From Rickettsiales bacterium (GTDB taxonomy: Bacteria > Pseudomonadota > Alphaproteobacteria > Rickettsiales > UBA1997), in the NCBI GenBank assembly GCA_031287725.1, contig JAITSP010000099.1, positions 1 to 36,292 on the forward strand: 36,292 bases of DNA, in the 5' to 3' direction. The translations under genes were made by a program, and so were the position numbers. Under the pieces are notes generated by a model. That model ran no database searches. It saw nothing but the letters and a program-made list of their open reading frames with translations, and was not told the DNA's origin. Numbering within the stretch: the stretch's first letter is position 1; each line of letters opens with the position of its first letter. This document shows positions 18,163 to 26,805 of the stretch, piece after piece.

Positions 18163-19292
18163 GCCCTGCCCTTGGAGCTTATTTCCCTGTCTCCGTGGAT
18201 GCGCACGTTGAGCACAAAGCCTATGGCTATCAGGGATGAGACGGTCACGCTGCCGCCGTAGGAGAACAGAACCAGGGGTGTTCCCACCACCGGCAGTAGC
18301 CCCGTTATCATGCCTATATTTATGAAAAAGTGGCAGAAGAAATTTACCAGCACGCCGGCCACCAGCGTCTTCCCAAATGTGTTGTTACACCTGATTATAG
18401 TGTAGATGAACATGGAAAACAGCAGAATGTAGAGAAAAACCACAAAAATACTGCCCAGAAAGCCGAACTCCTCGCAGAACACGGTGAATATGAAGTCAGT
18501 GTGCCTCTCCGGCAGAAACTCCAGCTGGCCCTGGGTACCCTTTACGAAGCCCTTACCCCAGAAGCCCCCTGAGCCGATGGCTATCTTTGACTGGGCTATG
18601 TTGTAGCCGCTATTCAGCGGATCACTCTCCGGATCTAGAAATACCAGTATCCTCTGTTTCTGGTAGTCGTGGAGGCCAAATTGCCAGACAAGGGGTGCCA
18701 CCAGCAGAATGGCCAGGAGGCAGGTAACAAATTTAATTAGCTGTACCCCAACGAAAAACGCTATGGAAATGCCTATGGCCATGAGTATCAGAGCTGTGCC
18801 AAGGTTAGGCTGCCTCAGGATCAGCCAGCAGGGTACTAGCAGCAGTAGCGCGGGCACTAGGAGAGTCCTGTTTTCCCTTATGCTCTTCAGATCTGTCTGG
18901 AAAAAATATCTGGCAAGGGCCAGGGTGGTGCATATCTTCATAAACTCCGATGGCTGTACCTTTACGAAGCCCAGATTCAGCCATCTGGTGGCTCCCATCG
19001 ACCTGTGGCCGAATATTTCCACCACAGTGAGTAGGAAAAGCCCTGCGGCATAGATTCTATAGGAACTTCTGAACCAAAAGTTTATGTCAATGAGGGCTAT
19101 GGCTATGCAGAATGGCAGGCAGAGGATGAAGTAGATGGTCTGCCTCAGAGCCCAGGGCCTCATGCTCCCATTTCCGATGGAATAGAGCATGGCAACACCC
19201 AGAGAGAATATGGTGCACACCGTCATCAGCATGTTCCGGTCGATCTCCATGATCTTATCGCCGAGAAAGTCTCTAAAGATGTTGGAGCTCAT
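18159..19292 (-). CDS. rodA: Rod shape-determining SEDS glycosyltransferase RodA
   Basis: GATRWL, QPSEFMK, QPNLGT, YQKQRI, IAIGSGG..GKG, FLPERHTDFIF, SYGGS. Confidence 0.95.
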   Translation of the reverse strand: MSSNIFRDFLGDKIMEIDRNMLMTVCTIFSLGVAMLYSIGNGSMRPWALRQTIYFILCLPFCIAIALIDINFWFRSSYRIYAAGLFLLTVVEIFGHRSMGATRWLNLGFVKVQPSEFMKICTTLALARYFFQTDLKSIRENRTLLVPALLLLVPCWLILRQPNLGTALILMAIGISIAFFVGVQLIKFVTCLLAILLVAPLVWQFGLHDYQKQRILVFLDPESDPLNSGYNIAQSKIAIGSGGFWGKGFVKGTQGQLEFLPERHTDFIFTVFCEEFGFLGSIFVVFLYILLFSMFIYTIIRCNNTFGKTLVAGVLVNFFCHFFINIGMITGLLPVVGTPLVLFSYGGSVTVSSLIAIGFVLNVRIHGDREISSKGRA

Positions 19293-21100
19293 TCTGGCAT
19301 GTTCCTCTCTGTTTTTATTATGCTAGCCAGATACTGCTGTATCTTGCCCCGGTTAAACCTCAGGCACAGGCCATAGGCCGTTTCTCCATCCTGATTCCTA
19401 ATGCGCACGTCCGCTCCATTCTTTAGCAGTTCGTAGGCAATTCCATCATAATTTTTTATTATGGCAAGCATCAGCGGAGTCTCGCCGAATGAGTTCTGGC
19501 TGTCCAGATTCGAACCACTTTCCACCAGAAGTTTCACAATTGCTAGGCTGTTGGAATTCACCGCCAGGTGCAGGGGGGTATTCAGGCCGGGTCCCTGTCT
19601 GTTTATGCTGGCTCCGCTGTAGATTAGATATCTGACTATGCTGTGACTGCCGTTCTCGATGGCAAACTCCAGCACGGTTCTGCTCCCGTCGACCATAAAG
19701 TCCGGATTCCCGGTCTTTTCCACCAATCCCCGCAGGGCGGCCAGACTACCCTCCGCTATGGCCCTCCTGGCCATAGCCCGGATATCCTCGCTGTTGAGAA
19801 CCAGCGGGATGTGGGCGTTGGTCTCTGACCTTCTATAGTCTAGCAGTTCATCTGGAATATTACTGTTGCGGAAACTCACTATGCTCTTGGCCGATGTGTG
19901 AAGTACAGGTATGTCCTTCTCGTCAGCCATCTCAACCTTCCTCAGCTTCACCTTTCCGCTTTCCCTCAGCAGATCCGCGTACTCTCTGGAGAGTAGAAAA
20001 TCGTTGGACACATTCGTGTCCGTTATGTTGTATATTTTCTCCAGAATCCCTCTGTCCTCCCCCCCCTGGGCTCCGAGACTTCCGGTTTTTCTCTTGCGGA
20101 GTGCTGGCAGGTCGTTGGCGAAGGAAGTTCCCGAAGGTTCGGGAACTTCCTTCGGCTCTCTCCTGACCCTGCCGCTTCTCTCCGGAGCTGGAGCTATTGT
20201 TTTCTCCGGTTCTGGCGCCGAGGACTCTAGGACATCTTCCCCTGGCAAATCCTCATCGTAGTTCTTTTCTCTGGTGGCCTCCTCCTCTCTGAATGTTTCT
20301 TCCTCCCTGTGGACTAGAGAGCTGATGTCTCTGTCGCTCATGGCGTTTCTTCTGATTTTCTGTTTTCCCTTTTTGACCTCCTTCCTAGTTTCGATTTCCT
20401 TCTTTTTCCCATCGGAGTCCTCCGATCCCTCCTCAGCGCTAGGCACTGCGGCCTTTAGGCCCTCATCCCCTAGCCCGCTCCTCCTCCCGGAGCGGGTACT
20501 CTTGCTTTCCGTTTTCTTTGGCTTAGGGGTCTTTTTCTTCTTTTCCTCCGGCTCCCCGCCTTCTCCGCTCCAGCGGGGAGGGAGTCTGGGTCCCATACTA
20601 TTTCTTCTCTGGGTGGGGGTACCGCCCTCCCGGTCGACTCCTTCAGCAGCTTTCTCCGGAATTTCTTCGGATCGTTCGCTTCCATCGCCACCCTTCACCG
20701 CCCCATCGCCACTGTCTCTGGTCTCAGAGTCATTTTCTTCGCTGGCGGTGGCCTCCCCTTCGGCCCCTCTGCCATCTCCCGGCTCTGGCCCGGGGCTATC
20801 TCCAGGGGTTTTCCCGTCTTCCCCCGGAGAATTCGAACCCCCCTTCTCTGGCTCGACCCCGGGCTTTCCACTATCTGCATTCTCCTCCGGAGGCTGTCCC
20901 TCGTCATCCAGCAGAGGTTCAAAATCCTCGTCGCTCAGACCTGCCTTGGGATTTCTCAGAGCCTCCTCCTTGAAAATTCTACTCTTAAATTCCTCCCTCT
21001 TTTTACGATCCTCTGGACTTTCTCTAGAGGCTGCGGGTAGAACCTCGGAACTAGATAGAAGGAATAGAACCACCAGGGCACGGCCATAGGAGAGAGTCAT
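19289..21100 (-). CDS. Exported ankyrin-repeat protein with long charged disordered region
   Basis: Signal-peptide-like N-terminus, ~330 aa E/G/K/S/P-rich region, C-terminal ankyrin repeats (TVLEFAI, NTPLHLAV, GETPLMLAI, GETAYGLC). Confidence 0.88.
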   Translation of the reverse strand: MTLSYGRALVVLFLLSSSEVLPAASRESPEDRKKREEFKSRIFKEEALRNPKAGLSDEDFEPLLDDEGQPPEENADSGKPGVEPEKGGSNSPGEDGKTPGDSPGPEPGDGRGAEGEATASEENDSETRDSGDGAVKGGDGSERSEEIPEKAAEGVDREGGTPTQRRNSMGPRLPPRWSGEGGEPEEKKKKTPKPKKTESKSTRSGRRSGLGDEGLKAAVPSAEEGSEDSDGKKKEIETRKEVKKGKQKIRRNAMSDRDISSLVHREEETFREEEATREKNYDEDLPGEDVLESSAPEPEKTIAPAPERSGRVRREPKEVPEPSGTSFANDLPALRKRKTGSLGAQGGEDRGILEKIYNITDTNVSNDFLLSREYADLLRESGKVKLRKVEMADEKDIPVLHTSAKSIVSFRNSNIPDELLDYRRSETNAHIPLVLNSEDIRAMARRAIAEGSLAALRGLVEKTGNPDFMVDGSRTVLEFAIENGSHSIVRYLIYSGASINRQGPGLNTPLHLAVNSNSLAIVKLLVESGSNLDSQNSFGETPLMLAIIKNYDGIAYELLKNGADVRIRNQDGETAYGLCLRFNRGKIQQYLASIIKTERNMPE

Positions 21101-21164
21101 GGACTAATTGTAATTTACAGCGGAAATTATATATGTACTTTTTTGAAATAAAATCAAGTTTGCC

Positions 21165-22706
21165 ATGATGGATTTTCTCCTATCCTCCTCCCTAGTCGCT
21201 CTAGGCACTCTGCTGTCGAGAGTGTTCGGCCTCCTGAGAGATATGCTGTTCGCACGGCATCTAGGAGCTGGACTCTCCTCCGATGTGTTCTTTGCGGCCT
21301 ACCGGCTGCCAAATTTTTTCAGAACCCTATTTGCCGAGGGAGCCTTCAGTGCGGCCTTTGTGCCAATTCTCTCCGGCCAGCTGGTGGAGAGGGACAGAGA
21401 CGGGGTGCTGCAGTTTTTGAGAAACATGTTTTCCCTCCTCCTCTACTCGATGTTGCTCTTCTGTCTAGGGGCGGAGATATTTATGCCCCAGCTTGTAGCT
21501 CTGGTGGTGCCTGGCTTCAGCAGCAACGTGGAAAAATATAGACTAACGGTAACTCTCTCCAGAATAACGTTTCCCTACCTGGTTTTCATAGCGCTGACCA
21601 GTTTTATGGCGGGAGTACTGCACTGCCGAGGAAAATTTCTGGCCGTGGCTCTGAATCCTCTGCTACTGAATCTAGTTTTCATCCTAGCGTCCCTGCTTTC
21701 TCCGCTGCTTACTCCGGACATCTCCCGGCTGCTCTCCTATGCTGTGCTCATAGGAGGGTTTCTGCAGTTTTTCTGCCTTTTTCTTGCCGTAGCCAGTCAA
21801 AAAATAATCCTTCGTCCCCAGAGGCTGGAGATAGACCGGGCGACCAGAGAGTTTGCGAAAAAATTTTCCTCCGCTCTTCTGGGCAGTGCCATGGACCAGA
21901 TAAATTCCGTAGTTTCCTCGATCCTACTCTCCAGAGCGGCCGGGGCCATATCCCTTGTGTACTATGCGGATAGGCTTGTGCAGCTGCCCACATCCCTACT
22001 GGGAACAGCTCTGGGTGTTAGTCTGGTGCCTCTGCTGTCGAAGAAAATACGCCGGAACGACGGTGATAGATTCGAAATCCAGGAGGATGCACTGCTGACA
22101 GCTCTTTTTCTGGGTCTTCCGGCCATGGTCTATCTCTACAGGCTCTCCTACATTTTTGTGCCCATCCTCTTTGAGAGAGGGGAATTCTCCAGTGCCTCCT
22201 CCCAGGCGGTGGTGGAATACACAAAAATCTACGCCTGCGCTCTGCCCGCCTTCATACTGTCAAAAATTCTCCAGAGTATATTTTTTTCCAGCGGAGACAC
22301 AAAAACTCCAATGGTCTCCGCCCTAATTTCCCTTCTGTCGAATGTGTCCATTGCCCTGGCTCTGGTGGGGCGCTTTGGCTCCAGAGGTATCCTGATTGCC
22401 TCCGTCCTGTCATCCTATCTAGACTTTGGTTCGCTGCTGGTGATACTTCTGGTCAGAGGACAGCTGATTCTATCGGAGAGGTTTCTGCTAGTCTTCGCTA
22501 AAATACTCTATTCTCTGATTTTTCTAGTGCTCACCGCCGTGGCCTGTGACAAATTTATTCCTCTGGACCAGATGCTGGCTCCGGGATTAGTAAAATTCGT
22601 TGCCACCGCACTCCTGTCAGGAATTGTCTATTTAGCCATTTCCTATCTTTCGGGACTAATTAGATTAGGGAAAAAACATGCTTCCACTGGTGGCAGAGCT
22701 GGTTAG
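21165..22706 (+). CDS. murJ: Lipid II flippase MurJ/MviN
   Basis: LSRVFGLLRD, AYRLPNFFR.LFAEGAFS.AFVP, YYADRLVQLP, LFERGEF, DTKTP. Confidence 0.96.
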   Translation: MMDFLLSSSLVALGTLLSRVFGLLRDMLFARHLGAGLSSDVFFAAYRLPNFFRTLFAEGAFSAAFVPILSGQLVERDRDGVLQFLRNMFSLLLYSMLLFCLGAEIFMPQLVALVVPGFSSNVEKYRLTVTLSRITFPYLVFIALTSFMAGVLHCRGKFLAVALNPLLLNLVFILASLLSPLLTPDISRLLSYAVLIGGFLQFFCLFLAVASQKIILRPQRLEIDRATREFAKKFSSALLGSAMDQINSVVSSILLSRAAGAISLVYYADRLVQLPTSLLGTALGVSLVPLLSKKIRRNDGDRFEIQEDALLTALFLGLPAMVYLYRLSYIFVPILFERGEFSSASSQAVVEYTKIYACALPAFILSKILQSIFFSSGDTKTPMVSALISLLSNVSIALALVGRFGSRGILIASVLSSYLDFGSLLVILLVRGQLILSERFLLVFAKILYSLIFLVLTAVACDKFIPLDQMLAPGLVKFVATALLSGIVYLAISYLSGLIRLGKKHASTGGRAG

Positions 22707-23646
22707 CACTCCGAGCTACGGAGGCAACTTCCCGGCGATGGACCGCTGCTTTGGGCTGTGCAGAGAGTTTTTGTCCCAGAGTTCTGCCATCCGGCTGGAG
22801 GAATTTGAGAAAAATGGCCATAGATCTATGATATTTTCGAATTCCGCTGGTCGCAGCTTCGACGTCCTCAGTCTCTGCCATCTGGATGTGGTTCCCGCCA
22901 GAACCTACGAAATGTCGAGGAGCGGGGACAGAATATTTGGCCGGGGAGTATTTGATATGAAGGGTTTTCTGGCGGCTAGTCTGGTGAACCTGCTGGCGGT
23001 GGCCGAAAGTTGCAGAAACCTGAGCTACGCTGTCGCCGTGACCTCCGACGAGGAGACTGGGGGCGAAAATGGAGCGGGCTATCTGGTCGGCGAGGTTGGC
23101 CTGGAGACCACTCTGCTTCTGGACAGCGATAATGGAGAGGGTTTGGACTCCATAGTGGAGGAGAATCTGGGGGCTATCACCATCGAGCTCAGAGGGGAGG
23201 GGAGTGCTCTAGAGCAGACCATGGTGAACATCAGGGACAGATTTGCCGGCTACCACTGCGAGACCTATGGGCTGGAGATGGATATAAATTTTGCCGCTGT
23301 TGATGCTCTCGAGGTCATAGAGGGCTGTCTCCAGGGGGACGTGGGATTCAGGGTACTTATGCTGAATAATTTCGCCAGGCACGACATTTCTAACGAGTAT
23401 CACCGACTCTACAGACAGACTGCTGAGAGAAATGGGATAAAAGTAAAATACTCTAGGGCCAGCGGAACCAACGATGCCAGATATTTCTTTGGCCGAGGGA
23501 CCAGCGTGATCAGTCACAGGGCAGACGGTGGCGGTGCCCACGGAGAGGAGGAATGGCTGGACGTTGGATCTCTCTTCGATTTTGCTAGGATCCAGAGGGA
23601 ATTTCTAGAGGCTCTGGATGAGCTCTGTCCACTGCCGCTACTTTAA
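22678..23646 (+). CDS. M20-family metallopeptidase/deacylase (DapE/ArgE-like), short
   Basis: CHLDVVP, GRGVFDMKG, SDEETGG, GTNDARY, AHGEEEW. Confidence 0.85.
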   Translation: MLPLVAELVSTPSYGGNFPAMDRCFGLCREFLSQSSAIRLEEFEKNGHRSMIFSNSAGRSFDVLSLCHLDVVPARTYEMSRSGDRIFGRGVFDMKGFLAASLVNLLAVAESCRNLSYAVAVTSDEETGGENGAGYLVGEVGLETTLLLDSDNGEGLDSIVEENLGAITIELRGEGSALEQTMVNIRDRFAGYHCETYGLEMDINFAAVDALEVIEGCLQGDVGFRVLMLNNFARHDISNEYHRLYRQTAERNGIKVKYSRASGTNDARYFFGRGTSVISHRADGGGAHGEEEWLDVGSLFDFARIQREFLEALDELCPLPLL

Positions 23647-26574
23647 CAGTCTTTTTATTTCGCTCAGATATTTGTCGATTTGCTCTGTATTTATTTCCAG
23701 CTGGGCCTTCTGGGTAAAGTTCTCGGTAAATTTTACTATAAGGTAGAGGGGGATGTCCATTTTCCCCACCCTGTTTAGGATTATGGAGGTGTTCAGAGCG
23801 TCTATGCGGGTGTCGTTGTCTCTGTTGTCTATTTTGAGGGCTAACTTCGTTGAAATACCTTCTCCCATGGCATCCATGGCCAGGTCTGTTATGCCGCCCT
23901 TGATGGTGAATAGTCCGCTGAACTCGCCGAATGTGGTGCCACTGCCGTTGAGGATAATTTCGCGGCTTTTCATATTCAGCAGACTGCTGTCCTGGTAGAC
24001 CATCGATAGTTTTTTTCTCAGATCGTCCAGACCAATGCTTTTTATAAAAAGATTCCTGCCGACAAATTTAAACTGCATGTCCAGAGAGGCATCGAAGATG
24101 GTCTCGGAGGGGCCACCCCCCTTTAGGAGTCCTCCTAGGCCCAGGGTCCCTTTGAAACTCGGCTCCGAACCGTTCTCCCCGCTGTTTCCGGACAGGAGTT
24201 TGACAATCTCCTCGATGCTGTAGGTGGTTTCGGTGAGGACCAGATTAACAACCTTACTGCCCTTCAGGTCCAACAGTCCTCGGAGCTCCGTTGTTCCTCC
24301 CAACCCGTTGAATTTGAAATTCCTAATGGCGAATACTCCCTCCTCCAGAGAGGTGGAAAGAGACAGGTCGCTCAGCTGGGCGTCGTTCACTAGGATGCTG
24401 CCGACGATGATGTTAATCCTTCCTCCAATCTCGTCAAACTTTGGAATGGTAAATAGCTTGTTCACCCAGTATTTTGACTGGTTGCCTGGGTTGACGGGTT
24501 CCTTCAGGATTAGATTTCTATATTTCTCTACGTCGAACACATAGCCCATCAGGTTTCCCGCCACCTTTATTTTTTTAATTCTGAGGTCTAGGCCCAGGAC
24601 GGGGTTTTTCCCGCGGATGTCCAGTAGAATTCTGCCGGAAACCGCCTCCGCAAAGTCAAAATTCATATTCTCTATGTTGTAGAGATGCATAAATCCAGGG
24701 GAATAGTTAATTTTGGTCACAACATCGGTGATGCTGAGCTTTTCATTGTACTTCAGTTTTCTAATGTGCAGCTCCGCGAATACGTTTTTTGTAAAGTTGT
24801 TCAGCCAGAGCAGGTTTTCCTTCATGGTTAGAACCTTGCTGGCGCCGACGTTCAGACTAAACTCCTCCAGATTGGCTATGTAGGCTAGATAGCTGCTGTC
24901 ACCGGCGATGGAATACTCTACGGAGCCGCTTATTTTGGTGTTTCCGCCACTCACCTCGTAGTCGGTCAGATAGACAGTGCCGTTGTAGACAAAGACCCCG
25001 GACTTTAATTTAAACTCCTTTAGTCCGAGACTGTTGGGAACATTGAAGAAGCGGGCTATGTCATCGAAATTTTTACCGGTTACGGTCAGATCGCTGATGA
25101 AGAAGCCGTTGACCTCTCTCTGGTTGTCGACCTTGATCCCCATGTCGTTCAGATTCAGAACGAAATTGTTCATTTTATAGCTGCCATCGATTATCTCAAA
25201 GTCGAACAGAGAATCAGTCAGAGTGATGCTGTCCTTCGTCATTTTCTTTATGTTTATTTTTACGGCACTGTCTATGGGGCTGTCTACTCTGGTATTTCTG
25301 ATGATGTCGAACAGTTCGTCACTCCTCCTAATCTTAAAAATTGATATTTTGTCCTGATCCACGGCGGTTTTTGTTTTCATAACATTCAGAGTGATGCCGT
25401 TCAGGTTCAGATTATCCACATTGACCTCCAATTCCTCCCAGTTCTCGGCACGGCTAAAGCTACCGCTGGCACCCAGATCCTCGCTCTCCAGGCTAAATTT
25501 CTTTATCCTCAGAGAGGACTTGTCCTGCTCCACCTCCATGGCCAGGCGGACAGCCTTCTTGTAGTCGACATAGTAGTGGAATTTAGAATTCGTGGGCAAG
25601 ATCCACTGGAGAAGGTTATTGAATCCAGCGGTTCCCAGTTTCATCCTATAGCTCGCCGTCAGATTGGCAAAGTCCTCGGCCAGTAGATTGTTTCCGCTGT
25701 ATTCGATGCCAATCTCGTCGAGCAGATCACTCGTGAGCTTCACTTCGAATTTCTGGCTATCCCCATCTCCGTCCAGCAGGAGGGAAAGATTGCCTGCCAC
25801 GTTGTTCAGGACAAAGCCTGCCTCTAGTTTTTTCTGTCTGGATAGGCTGAGCTTTCCCGAGATGCTGCTGATCTCCTTTCTAGCCACGCCGTCAGAAACG
25901 TAGACGATGTTCATGCCGGAAAAGTTTATGTCTCCGCGGCTAAAGCTAGCGTCACTGATCTCTAGGGTTTTCATGAGCTTCAGCAGCATCAGTCTGGTTT
26001 TGCTGTTATCAACGGTCACGACCCTGTCCTCTATCACCTCCACCTCCCGATAGCCGTCCCTTATGTCGCTGTTCCCGGTGAAAATTGTCTTAAGTTTGTC
26101 TCTGAGGCCAACAACCTCGTTTTCCCCTAGCTTGACCATTTTTTTCACCGTCTCCTTTTTGACGTAGGAGTCCCTCAGAGGATCGTTCACTACGGTTAGC
26201 TCGACGCCACTGACTGTTGCACTGGTGATATTCAACTTTTTCCCTAGTAGGCCGATGAAACTCGGAGAGAGTTCGATTTTTCTGACATTTGCGTTCAGAG
26301 AATAATTCCTGTACTGTACTGCCGACAGATTCAGGTTATTTACCCGCAGCTTTATGGTAGGGAACATGGACAGTTCGATCTTGCCGTCTATGGAGAAGCG
26401 AACATCTTTATTCTGGAGGAAATAGTTCTCCTTGTATTCAGCTATCTCTGCTCTGAGGCTGTCGTTTATCTGATTTCTCATTTCTGGGGCATTCAGCCGG
26501 CTTCTGACTAGGGCGATAGAGACAGGGTAGGAGAGCAGGATCGTCCCAAGGAGGAATAGTATAATTTTTCTCAT
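23638..26574 (-). CDS. AsmA-like (bridge-like lipid transfer) large membrane-anchored protein
   Basis: N-terminal TM, then FSIDGKIELSMFPTIKLRVNNL (AsmA N-terminal pattern), long beta-strand-rich body, LEEGVFAIRNFKFNGLGG and GTTFGEFSGLFTIKGGI (AsmA C-terminal pattern). Confidence 0.75.
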   Translation of the reverse strand: MRKIILFLLGTILLSYPVSIALVRSRLNAPEMRNQINDSLRAEIAEYKENYFLQNKDVRFSIDGKIELSMFPTIKLRVNNLNLSAVQYRNYSLNANVRKIELSPSFIGLLGKKLNITSATVSGVELTVVNDPLRDSYVKKETVKKMVKLGENEVVGLRDKLKTIFTGNSDIRDGYREVEVIEDRVVTVDNSKTRLMLLKLMKTLEISDASFSRGDINFSGMNIVYVSDGVARKEISSISGKLSLSRQKKLEAGFVLNNVAGNLSLLLDGDGDSQKFEVKLTSDLLDEIGIEYSGNNLLAEDFANLTASYRMKLGTAGFNNLLQWILPTNSKFHYYVDYKKAVRLAMEVEQDKSSLRIKKFSLESEDLGASGSFSRAENWEELEVNVDNLNLNGITLNVMKTKTAVDQDKISIFKIRRSDELFDIIRNTRVDSPIDSAVKINIKKMTKDSITLTDSLFDFEIIDGSYKMNNFVLNLNDMGIKVDNQREVNGFFISDLTVTGKNFDDIARFFNVPNSLGLKEFKLKSGVFVYNGTVYLTDYEVSGGNTKISGSVEYSIAGDSSYLAYIANLEEFSLNVGASKVLTMKENLLWLNNFTKNVFAELHIRKLKYNEKLSITDVVTKINYSPGFMHLYNIENMNFDFAEAVSGRILLDIRGKNPVLGLDLRIKKIKVAGNLMGYVFDVEKYRNLILKEPVNPGNQSKYWVNKLFTIPKFDEIGGRINIIVGSILVNDAQLSDLSLSTSLEEGVFAIRNFKFNGLGGTTELRGLLDLKGSKVVNLVLTETTYSIEEIVKLLSGNSGENGSEPSFKGTLGLGGLLKGGGPSETIFDASLDMQFKFVGRNLFIKSIGLDDLRKKLSMVYQDSSLLNMKSREIILNGSGTTFGEFSGLFTIKGGITDLAMDAMGEGISTKLALKIDNRDNDTRIDALNTSIILNRVGKMDIPLYLIVKFTENFTQKAQLEINTEQIDKYLSEIKRLLK

Positions 26575-26745
26575 AGTACATGCGAACCACTTTCTCTTAT
26601 AATAAGAGGGATTTAGTAAATGTAAATGAGATAATTACAATTAAGCTCTCCAGAACCTCTAGCAGCCGGGGTGGCGGAGGAGAAAAATCCCCCCGGGGTA
26701 TCCGGCAGAGTGGTCAAGAACTTTCTGAGGTTAGCTACTCCAGGG

Positions 26746-26788
26746 GGCATTGGCGGAGGGGCGGTTGCCCCGCCCCTCCGCCAATGCC
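26746..26788. repeat. Perfect 19-bp GC-rich inverted repeat (5-nt loop) downstream of ileS
   Basis: GGCATTGGCGGAGGGGCGG-ttgcc-CCGCCCCTCCGCCAATGCC. No adjacent U-tract on either strand. Confidence 0.92.
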
Positions 26789-26805
26789 ATGGAAATCTCA
26801 GCTCC

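Noticed and set aside
19911-21089. Long Ser/Pro/Phe-rich + strand ORFs
   Set aside because: Antisense shadows of the charged region of the ankyrin protein.
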